IMG/VR virus record: IMGVR_UViG_3300046028_005651
Coordinates: 1 to 36,461 of that record
Direction: 5' to 3' (one strand)
Length of the DNA stretch: 36,461 bases
Origin: a virus
Taxonomy: Duplodnaviria; Caudoviricetes
Shown here: positions 22,805 through 30,711 of the stretch, one piece after another
Position numbering within the stretch: the stretch's first letter is position 1
Layout of the letters: every line of letters begins with the position of its first letter
Notes under the pieces: model-generated
Told to the model about the DNA's origin: nothing
Seen by the model: only the letters and a program-made list of their open reading frames with translations
Databases searched by the model: none
Made by a program: the position numbers and the translations under genes

Positions 22805-23311
22805 ATGAAAACGCAAATTATAATTATGGGAATAATCTTCTTGGTAGGATTTTTATGTGGTATATGGGCTACTTATTATATATCCAAACCAAAACGAATA
22901 ACACAGCAACCTAACGAACCACTTGAAAAGTATATGGAAAGAGTTGGTAGCCCAATATCTGAAACATTTCCTCAATACTTAGAACGAGTTGGTGCAATAA
23001 AGCCCTCGTATAAGGCCCCTAGCGGACTTGACCCTCGATATGAATACGTTTCATTAGTAGACCAATTAAAGTACGAAGAACTTCAAGATAAAGGGCAAAT
23101 TAGGCACATGACCGAAAAAGAAATTTTGGATAAGTTCGATATTGACATTGCTAAGACTTGTGAGCAAAATGAAGCAGAACTTAATCATGCTCTTGATGAA
23201 TACTTTAAACACCTAAGAGAAATTAACAATGCGGCACAAGACAAAAGACGATTTGAACCTTTTTCTGACCATAGATTTCCACTAGATAAAAACGGCAACG
23301 GAGGCTGCTAA
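22805..23311 (+). CDS. Membrane-anchored hypothetical protein
   Basis: N-terminal transmembrane helix; internal repeat EPLEKYMERVG / ETFPQYLERVG. Confidence 0.65.
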   Translation: MKTQIIIMGIIFLVGFLCGIWATYYISKPKRITQQPNEPLEKYMERVGSPISETFPQYLERVGAIKPSYKAPSGLDPRYEYVSLVDQLKYEELQDKGQIRHMTEKEILDKFDIDIAKTCEQNEAELNHALDEYFKHLREINNAAQDKRRFEPFSDHRFPLDKNGNGGC

Positions 23312-23326
23312 TTAAAATACTAACCT

Positions 23327-25351
23327 ATGACATTCGAAGAACAAGGAATAAAAACAAAACACAATGCAGGTGCTAGATACGCTACAATTTGCCCTCAATG
23401 CTCGCACCTAAGAAAAGATACCAATAAAAGAAAAGAATGTCTTACAGTTAATAATGAAGTCGGTAATAGGTGGTATAAATGTAATCATTGCTTCTGGAGT
23501 GGCAACTTGGATTTACTAGAGAAGTTTGACAAAGTTTACCAAGCAGCATACAAGCCCAAAGGAGAACTACCAAAGTTTTACAGTGCTAAAGTAAACGAGT
23601 TCATTCAAAACAAAGGTTTAAGTGCTGAAACATTCCAACAACTAGGTATTTACGAGCCTATAAGCGATGGTAATGCAAAGCAACGACTAATTGCTTACCC
23701 TTATTACTTTAAACACACCTTACGCAATGTAATGTTCCGAATTGTGGATTATAATTCAGACCGTGATAAGCTAAGAGAGTGGCAAATAAGTAAAGACAAC
23801 GGTACTGAAAGTATATTTTGGGGACTAGACGATTTAGACTTCGAACACAAGGAGATAATACTTGTAGAAGGCCAAACTGATAGGATAACTTGGGTTGAAT
23901 GCGGCTACAAGAATGTACTTAGTATTCCAATGGGCGGTATTGCACCACAAGTTAAGAACCTAGAAAACAAACTAGCTTTTTTAAACGAGGAGTTTTATGA
24001 CTATATAAAGCCAATGTTTAATAATCTTGCTTTGGATCAAACATTCCGCTTCGTTATTGTAATGGATAATGACGAAGTTGGAATAAACACAACAGAAATA
24101 TTAGCAGCAAGATTAGGTAAACAGCATTGTTACAAACCATTTTATCCTAAAGGCTACAAAGACAGTAACGAGATTTATGCAGGAGATTTAAAGAAAGACG
24201 TTCAGAAACTAGGCAAAAAAGGTATAGATGAACTTTACGCTACTTGTAAGCCATTTCAAATGTCAGGAGTTATCAAACTTCATCAAATCAGAGAAAGTGT
24301 TGATAGGTTTGCTAAAAACGGCATGAGCAAGGGTTTAATAACAGGAGTTGACCATTACGATAAACTTTGGAGTATTAAACCTAAAATGCTAATGGGAGTT
24401 ACGGGCATACCAAAAATGGGAAAAACAGTTGGAGTTCGTGACTACCTAGTTAACCTTACAAGAAATAATCCGGGCATGAAATGGGGAATGTTTAGTCCGG
24501 AACAAAGAGGAGGAGAAAATGATGTTGAAAGAGAGTATTTAGCATTATCCGAAAACTATGCAGGCGGTAAGTTTTACGAAGGTAAAGCACCACTAACAAG
24601 CACTCAAAGAGAAAAAGCCATGGATTGGGTGGGAGATAACTTTTTTATAGCCAACCCAACTAGACAGAACTTTAATAACTTTGGAAAAGACGATGCAAAC
24701 CCAGCAACACTTCAAAATCTATTTGATTACTTCTTATACCTAAAGAAAACAGAGGGTATATTTGGATTTGTACTAGACGCTTGGAATAGAGTAGAACACG
24801 TTAAGAATAAAGGCGAAAATGACGAAGGATTTGTAGGCAGGGAATTAAACCGAATACTAGACTTTTTAAGAGCTTATGACTTGGCTTGTATAATAGTAGC
24901 CCATCCAACAAAAATGGAACGCTTAGACGGCAAGAATTACGATATGCCTCAAATGTACAATATTAAAGGTAGTAGTGCTTGGATGGAAAGGCTAGACATT
25001 GGAGTTTCGGTTCATAGACCTAAATTGTATGTAAACAGAAATGCAGACCAACGAGGTGCTGCAGCATTTTGGGAAAGAGATAACCAAGCTCATACAGAAA
25101 TTGAGTTACAGATATTAAAGTTTCAAGAACTAGGACAACCAGGCAAATCAGTAGTGAGTTTAGATTGGCATAGAGGAGAAAGATTTATACCATACAAGGA
25201 ACCAAAGCCTGAAAATAACGAACCTAAAGAAACTAAACCTAAATCAGATGCACATAAAACAGTTAAAATAGCTGCAAGTGTTGGAGAGCCAATACAGTTT
25301 GAAGAAGTTGATAGTAGTGAAGATGAATTACCCTTTGACGCGCCCTTTTAA
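23327..25351 (+). CDS. Primase-helicase (T7 gp4/Twinkle-like)
   Basis: Zn finger CPQC...CNHC, TOPRIM 'LVEGQTD' and 'MDND', SF4 Walker A 'GIPKMGKT', 'VLDAWN', 'VAHPTK', 'IKGSSAW'. Confidence 0.9.
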   Translation: MTFEEQGIKTKHNAGARYATICPQCSHLRKDTNKRKECLTVNNEVGNRWYKCNHCFWSGNLDLLEKFDKVYQAAYKPKGELPKFYSAKVNEFIQNKGLSAETFQQLGIYEPISDGNAKQRLIAYPYYFKHTLRNVMFRIVDYNSDRDKLREWQISKDNGTESIFWGLDDLDFEHKEIILVEGQTDRITWVECGYKNVLSIPMGGIAPQVKNLENKLAFLNEEFYDYIKPMFNNLALDQTFRFVIVMDNDEVGINTTEILAARLGKQHCYKPFYPKGYKDSNEIYAGDLKKDVQKLGKKGIDELYATCKPFQMSGVIKLHQIRESVDRFAKNGMSKGLITGVDHYDKLWSIKPKMLMGVTGIPKMGKTVGVRDYLVNLTRNNPGMKWGMFSPEQRGGENDVEREYLALSENYAGGKFYEGKAPLTSTQREKAMDWVGDNFFIANPTRQNFNNFGKDDANPATLQNLFDYFLYLKKTEGIFGFVLDAWNRVEHVKNKGENDEGFVGRELNRILDFLRAYDLACIIVAHPTKMERLDGKNYDMPQMYNIKGSSAWMERLDIGVSVHRPKLYVNRNADQRGAAAFWERDNQAHTEIELQILKFQELGQPGKSVVSLDWHRGERFIPYKEPKPENNEPKETKPKSDAHKTVKIAASVGEPIQFEEVDSSEDELPFDAPF

Positions 25352-25363
25352 TTTTAAAACACC

Positions 25364-25735
25364 ATGACACCAAAAACCACTGAAATAATCAACGCAGTAA
25401 ACTATTTAGACGAGTTTGAAGCCAAGTATTACGAACCTATAAAAAAAGAGTTTGATAAGCTAAATGCTCATGCTGATTTTTTAGAAGCCAAACAGCAACA
25501 AAGATTTGATAAGCTAAAAGAACAAGAACTGTTTTTAAGCGGTATGATAAAGAATTTACGTTGTTTGGTAGAATTATCTATTACAGACGAAATAAGCAAA
25601 GAGGAGTACTTAGAACAAGCTGACAAGTTAATGTTAATCAAAGACGGGAAGTTTAGAACTAACCTCGTACCTGCACAAACAGAATTTTTATTAAAACATT
25701 ACAATAAATTGAAAGGAGAAATAAATGGACAATAG
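25364..25735 (+). CDS. Hypothetical coiled-coil protein
   Basis: 123 aa ORF in operon context. Confidence 0.6.
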   Translation: MTPKTTEIINAVNYLDEFEAKYYEPIKKEFDKLNAHADFLEAKQQQRFDKLKEQELFLSGMIKNLRCLVELSITDEISKEEYLEQADKLMLIKDGKFRTNLVPAQTEFLLKHYNKLKGEINGQ

Positions 25736-26246
25736 AAAAACAAAAGAATGTACGAAATGCCATAAAGAACTTCCTAACAATGAAGAGTATTTCCATTTGG
25801 ATAAGTCAAAAGTAAAATTAGGGCATTTGATTGTTTTAGCGGCAGCGTGCAGAACGTGTAAAAATGCTCAAAACAAAATTGCTAGTAAAAAGCTAAGAGA
25901 AAAACAAACATTAGAATTTGGTTCGCCTTATCAAAAGAGAAAACTTAACGACCCCGATTACTTAGAAAAATGCAAGGCAAGAGAAAAAAGGTACCAAGCA
26001 AAAAGGAACGAGCGTAGCAGAAAAAGATGGCACACAATTCCAAAAGTAAAAGAAGCACATAAAGTTCTAAATGCAAAAAGGAATAAAAAGGAAGTAATCG
26101 AAATGCCTGATTTGTATATTGCTAGATTGGTTACGCGCAATTCTAAGATTTTAAAACCTACTGACATTTTAGGTAATAAGCCATTTATTGAAACATATAG
26201 AACCAATTTAAAACTTAAAAGACTATGCAATCAATTAACAACATAG
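25725..26246 (+). CDS. Basic zinc-finger protein
   Basis: 'KECTKCHKELP...YFH...CRTCK' treble-clef-like motif followed by a Lys/Arg-rich helix. No HNH catalytic motif seen. Confidence 0.6.
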   Translation: MDNRKTKECTKCHKELPNNEEYFHLDKSKVKLGHLIVLAAACRTCKNAQNKIASKKLREKQTLEFGSPYQKRKLNDPDYLEKCKAREKRYQAKRNERSRKRWHTIPKVKEAHKVLNAKRNKKEVIEMPDLYIARLVTRNSKILKPTDILGNKPFIETYRTNLKLKRLCNQLTT

Positions 26247-26443
26247 ATGACCTCAGAAATACTTCATTAAGGCTAATAGATGACATTATTAACGAGAAGT
26301 ACGACCTAAAAGGAGAAGACAGCGAAGCCCCTATTCTTAATCATGTCAACAAGCAAATAAGCAATGTATTGGCAGCAACCTCACTCGAAATAAGATACTC
26401 AAAAGACAAAAAAATTAAATTCATGGAATATGAAAATAAATAA
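26225..26443 (+). CDS. Small helical protein, probable paralog of the next ORF
   Basis: 72 aa; shares 'I..LR....IDxI' and 'LEI.YSK' with 26430-26633. Confidence 0.6.
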   Translation: MQSINNIDDLRNTSLRLIDDIINEKYDLKGEDSEAPILNHVNKQISNVLAATSLEIRYSKDKKIKFMEYENK

Positions 26444-26633
26444 ATTAAGAGATAAACTTATCGAACAAATAGATAAGATTGAAAAAGGAGAAATGCCTTT
26501 AGAAAAAGCAAGAGAAATATCAAGAACAAGTCAAGCAATACTTGAAAGTGTTAGGCTAGAAATTGAATACTCGAAACTTATTAATAGTAAAGTAAAAATA
26601 GATTTTTTGGAGGTAGAAAATGAAACACTTTAA
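26430..26633 (+). CDS. Small helical protein
   Basis: 67 aa; 'AREISRTSQAILESVRLEIEYSK'; overlaps both neighbours. Confidence 0.65.
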   Translation: MKINKLRDKLIEQIDKIEKGEMPLEKAREISRTSQAILESVRLEIEYSKLINSKVKIDFLEVENETL

Positions 26634-27183
26634 ACTAATCGGCTTATTATTAGCCATAAACCTTATTTGCTTTTTTATACCTCGTGAATACTATCAGTAT
26701 TTAACGATACAAAGCAATGTAACTGATGCACTTCAAACTATTGGGCAATGTTTTACTTACATATTTATGTCTGAAAACATATTCCACTTGGTACTAAACG
26801 GACTATTTTTAGTTTCGTTAGCTAGACTTATAGTATTTACTATTCCAGATATTCTATTTGTAGCCTACTACATACTTTGGGGAGTTTTAGTTGGAATAAT
26901 TAACTACATAATAGCTTCGCATGACACCTACCATTATTTAATAGGCAACAGTGGTGTTTTATATGCGTTTATAGGCTACATAACTGTATTCTCACCCAAT
27001 ATAGAAGTAAAACTATTTGGAAGCTATAAAATGAGTTTCTTAGGCTTCGGAGTGGTAATATTTTCGTTATCTATAATCAGCATAGTATTTGGCAATAACG
27101 TTTATGGAGATATAGCCCACATAAGCGGATTTATTTTAGGGCTTATAACAGCTAAAATTTATAGTAGAATACAATTATGGTAA
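26620..27183 (+). CDS. Rhomboid-family intramembrane serine protease
   Basis: Multiple TM helices; 'FHLVLN' (HxxxN), catalytic 'GNSG' (26944-26955) and 'AHISGFILG' (His at 27118-27120). Confidence 0.85.
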   Translation: MKHFKLIGLLLAINLICFFIPREYYQYLTIQSNVTDALQTIGQCFTYIFMSENIFHLVLNGLFLVSLARLIVFTIPDILFVAYYILWGVLVGIINYIIASHDTYHYLIGNSGVLYAFIGYITVFSPNIEVKLFGSYKMSFLGFGVVIFSLSIISIVFGNNVYGDIAHISGFILGLITAKIYSRIQLW

Positions 27184-27386
27184 ATCAATCATTTTTTATG
27201 GTGTACGTTGAAAACGGCTCAACACCAACTTACAAGCATGAAACATTAGCTTCGGCAGAAACAGAGGCCAAAAGGTTATCAAAAAGATTAGGACAAAAAG
27301 CATTTGTACTTTGTACCTTAAAATCATTTCAGATAACAGAGTTTACAATTAACGATTGCAGACCTGAATTAGAATTACCCTTTTAA
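27177..27386 (+). CDS. Hypothetical phage protein, 69 aa
   Basis: 'PTYKHETLASAETEAKRL', a common small phage protein pattern; coupled to the upstream gene. Confidence 0.65.
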   Translation: MVNQSFFMVYVENGSTPTYKHETLASAETEAKRLSKRLGQKAFVLCTLKSFQITEFTINDCRPELELPF

Positions 27387-27403
27387 AATCAATTAAATAA
27401 TAT

Positions 27404-27691
27404 ATGGCAAACCAATTAGACTGTACCTTTATTAAGGTAACAGAAAGTAAAACAGGTATGAAAAAAGACCAATCAGGAACTTGGAACTTCACCAATATCC
27501 TAGTTCAACACGGATTACAGTATCCAAAGCAACTTGAAGTACAAGTTTGGGGCAATGACGGATACGCTGTTAAAGAAATGAAAAACGGCACTAAACTATT
27601 CATTGACTTAGACTTCGAAAGTAAAGAAAGCAATGGAAGGTATTTCACCACAGTTAAAGCACTTAAAGTAACTAAAAACGAGAATTATTAG
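27404..27691 (+). CDS. OB-fold ssDNA-binding protein (DUF3127-like)
   Basis: 'GTWNFTNILV...QYPKQLEVQVWG...FESKESNGRYFTTVKALKV' resembles Bacteroidota DUF3127 proteins. Confidence 0.7.
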   Translation: MANQLDCTFIKVTESKTGMKKDQSGTWNFTNILVQHGLQYPKQLEVQVWGNDGYAVKEMKNGTKLFIDLDFESKESNGRYFTTVKALKVTKNENY

Positions 27692-27693
27692 TT

Positions 27694-28836
27694 ATGAGTA
27701 ATAAATTCGAACAATTTAGCCACTACCTTTTAGATAAGGTAATGAATGACGACCCCAAACTACTTGAATTTAAAATACCTAAATCTGATAACGATTGGCA
27801 TAAGTTCAGAGAAATGAGTATTGGAGCTTCGGAAGTAGCAATTTGCCTTGGTGCTAATCCTTATCAAATCCTTCCTATTATGATAGAGGAGAAAATAGGC
27901 ATACGAGAACCGCGCAAGATCATGAACGAAAGTATGATTGCAGGTTTAATTGCCGAGGAAGGAATACTTGAACGTTGGAGTTACCATGACGGGACTGATA
28001 CGGGTTGGGTTAACAATTGGAAGCAAAAGAAAATCAGAAACGTAGATGGCTGCGACACTTACATTGTCAATATTGATTACCCTTGGTTATTTGCTAGTTT
28101 AGATGGTAAAGCACATAAGAATCAGCCTTGGCTTGGTAATGGTGCAATTCAGCCTCGTATGTTTCCTGTAGAGTGTAAAACGATTAAGGAGTTCGAAGCT
28201 AAGAAGTGGAGTGATGGTATTCCGCCAATGTACCGATACCAAGTAAATGCTCAAATGCTAGTTACTAATACCGATGTAGCCGAATTAGCAACACTAACTG
28301 ATGGCTATAGCTTTAAAATTTACCCTTTTAAGCGTGATGACGATGCTTGTGAGCTTATTCTAAGTGAAACCTATGCTGCTTATGAATTAATGCAGCAGAT
28401 GAAAGAACTAAACGAACAACTTAAAAAAGAACGTTCAGTTGGAAACACTAAAGTAGTAGCAGAACTAGAAGCCGAGATACTTCATAAAATGCCATTGCCA
28501 GGAGAACAAGACGGTTATTCGGAATACTACAGTCAGAATATGACGAGAGAGAAAGAAACGTTTTTAGGCGATACCAATGATAAAACCTTGGCAGCATTAA
28601 GTAGCAAGTTTAGATTAGGCATAAAACAACTTGAAAAAGAACAAGAACAAGTTGATAACCTAATTAAAAGACGTATGACGTTAGAAAAAGCCGAGTACTT
28701 AGATTTGGGTAAGAACGGAAAATTGAGATGGTACAAGCAAGGAAATAGACTTAATCATCAATTATCCTTCAATGGGTACAAAACAGGATTTACAGAAGAA
28801 CAAATTAGAAACCTTTTAAAACCAATATTAGATTAA
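27694..28836 (+). CDS. YqaJ/lambda-exonuclease-family recombination nuclease
   Basis: 'WHKFREMSIGASEVAICLGANPY', 'FASLDG', 'VECKT', 'YRYQVNAQMLVT'. Confidence 0.9.
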   Translation: MSNKFEQFSHYLLDKVMNDDPKLLEFKIPKSDNDWHKFREMSIGASEVAICLGANPYQILPIMIEEKIGIREPRKIMNESMIAGLIAEEGILERWSYHDGTDTGWVNNWKQKKIRNVDGCDTYIVNIDYPWLFASLDGKAHKNQPWLGNGAIQPRMFPVECKTIKEFEAKKWSDGIPPMYRYQVNAQMLVTNTDVAELATLTDGYSFKIYPFKRDDDACELILSETYAAYELMQQMKELNEQLKKERSVGNTKVVAELEAEILHKMPLPGEQDGYSEYYSQNMTREKETFLGDTNDKTLAALSSKFRLGIKQLEKEQEQVDNLIKRRMTLEKAEYLDLGKNGKLRWYKQGNRLNHQLSFNGYKTGFTEEQIRNLLKPILD

Positions 28837-29897
28837 TGGAAACAACAGAAAAACAAGAAACAGCCTTAATTCCAACGCTTCAATTAACACCATTTGAGCA
28901 AACTAAGGAAAATTTAATTGCTTTAGCTTCGGACTACAAAAACATGGTAGTTACCAAGGATAACATGAAAGAAGCTAACGAAGCAAGATTAGTTTTGTAC
29001 CGTAAGCGTATTGAAATTCAGAACGTAGCCAAGGCAAACCGCAAAACAATTAAGGAGTTCCTTAAAAACAATAACGATGCCACAGAGGAAGAGTTAATTG
29101 GTACAATCGAACCCACTGAATTAGCTTTGGAGGCTAAAATTAAGGCCATTAAAGATGCTATTGCCGAGGAAGAGAGAATTGAGGCGGCTAGAGTGTTAAA
29201 GATAAAAACAGTTTTAGATAACTTAAGAAACGAAATGGTAGAGGCTGCAAACTGCAACGATATGTCTATTCTAAAGGCTTACGAAGACACTGTTTTAGAG
29301 AATTTGGAAGAGTTCCAAACCGAAGGCGAACAATTACTATCAACCTTAAAAGAAACAGCTAAGAACCGCTTAGAACTGCTAGAATTTCAAGCAAAGAAAA
29401 AAGCAGACGAGGAAGCAGAAGCTAAAAGAATTAAGGAAGAGGAAGATGCTTTGGTTAAATTAAAAGAACTTGAAGATAAACAGTTTCAAGAGGAAAATCA
29501 AAAAAATACAGAAGAGGTAGAGGCTGAAATGCTTTCTATATTAAGAACTATTGAAGCAGAAGTTGTTTGGCCTACCACACCTAGCGAAGCACCAAAAGAA
29601 AACTATGTAAACAGAATAGCAATTGATAAAGGTGGGGAAGCAACAGGAGAAGAATATAGCCCAAAACTTAGCCCACTTAAAACAGTTCCTATTGATGCAG
29701 TTTCGGAAAATCCTTTAGTTGCTACCAATATTCCATTGCCAACAGATAAAGAATTATTAACTAGAATGGCAACATCATTTAGCAACGTTTTATTGCCTAT
29801 TTGCGAAGAAAAGCAAGGAATACAGCACGTTGAGTACATTAAAAATATGCTATCCAAGTTATCAGAACAAACCATTAAAGTTGCGGAGAAGTTGTAA
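28836..29897 (+). CDS. Coiled-coil protein of the recombination module (DUF1351-like)
   Basis: 'YKNMVVTKDNMKEANEARLVL...IEPTELALEAKIK' heptad pattern; coupled to the exonuclease gene. Confidence 0.55.
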   Translation: METTEKQETALIPTLQLTPFEQTKENLIALASDYKNMVVTKDNMKEANEARLVLYRKRIEIQNVAKANRKTIKEFLKNNNDATEEELIGTIEPTELALEAKIKAIKDAIAEEERIEAARVLKIKTVLDNLRNEMVEAANCNDMSILKAYEDTVLENLEEFQTEGEQLLSTLKETAKNRLELLEFQAKKKADEEAEAKRIKEEEDALVKLKELEDKQFQEENQKNTEEVEAEMLSILRTIEAEVVWPTTPSEAPKENYVNRIAIDKGGEATGEEYSPKLSPLKTVPIDAVSENPLVATNIPLPTDKELLTRMATSFSNVLLPICEEKQGIQHVEYIKNMLSKLSEQTIKVAEKL

Positions 29898-29899
29898 GT

Positions 29900-30382
29900 A
29901 TGAAAAAGTGTTGGATTGGAATTGACCCTGGAAGTAGCGGAGCTTTAGTAGCTATCATTGAAACAGGAGAAATAAAAGTATTGAGATTTAGTAAATCTAC
30001 TGATAAAGACATTTGGGACTTCTTGAATGCCCTTGCTTTTGATTACGACTGTAAATGTATCAAAGAGAAAGTTTGGGCTATGCCAGCAACAAACGAAGAC
30101 GGTACTAAACGAGGCATGGGGGCAATGACTTCATTTGTATTTGGAGAAAACAATGGTTTTATCCGAGGGCTTTTAGTGGCCGCAGGAATACCTTATGAAG
30201 AAAAAATACCTCAAACATGGCAAAAGTCTTTTGGGATGAAAAAGGATAAGGGAGAAGCACAGCCTTCGTATAAAAAAAGATTACGAATGAAAGCCGAGCA
30301 ACTTTACCCTAACATTAAAATGACAGCCGATGTCGCAGATGGACTTTTGATTGCCCACTTTTGTAAACTAAACACATTATAA
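29900..30382 (+). CDS. RuvC-like Holliday junction resolvase
   Basis: 'WIGIDPGSSGAL', 'KEKV', 'FVFGENNG', 'PQTWQK', 'ADGLLIAHF'. Confidence 0.85.
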   Translation: MKKCWIGIDPGSSGALVAIIETGEIKVLRFSKSTDKDIWDFLNALAFDYDCKCIKEKVWAMPATNEDGTKRGMGAMTSFVFGENNGFIRGLLVAAGIPYEEKIPQTWQKSFGMKKDKGEAQPSYKKRLRMKAEQLYPNIKMTADVADGLLIAHFCKLNTL

Positions 30383-30386
30383 CACC

Positions 30387-30710
30387 ATGAGTAGAAACAA
30401 CAAACTTAGAGAAATGGCTGAAAAGCTACCAGAAGCACCAAACTTAGTAAACGGTAAACCTCAATACGATAGTAGTGGCAAACTAATAATGGCCAACCAC
30501 TTTCGTAACTTAAAAGAAATTGAGAGAACGGTAGAGAAACTTGGATTTAGCAATAAAAGCCCTCAAATGCTTAGTGCTTGGAACAAATACACACAAGCAG
30601 TAATTAAGTACAACAACCGTAAAATAATGCGTGAGAGAGCAACTTATTTTAGTGTGTGGGTATTCCTTATGGTTAGTATTGTTGCAGTTATTATTAAATA
30701 TTGGAGGTAA
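30387..30710 (+). CDS. Hypothetical protein with C-terminal TM helix
   Basis: 107 aa ending FSVWVFLMVSIVAVIIKYWR. Confidence 0.65.
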   Translation: MSRNNKLREMAEKLPEAPNLVNGKPQYDSSGKLIMANHFRNLKEIERTVEKLGFSNKSPQMLSAWNKYTQAVIKYNNRKIMRERATYFSVWVFLMVSIVAVIIKYWR

Positions 30711-30711
30711 G

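Noticed and set aside
30631-30711. Extended N-termini for the methyltransferase (30631), GroES (32568) and the Zn-ribbon ORF (35846)
   Set aside because: They overlap upstream genes extensively; downstream ATGs at 30712, 32673 and 35903 sit just after the upstream stops.
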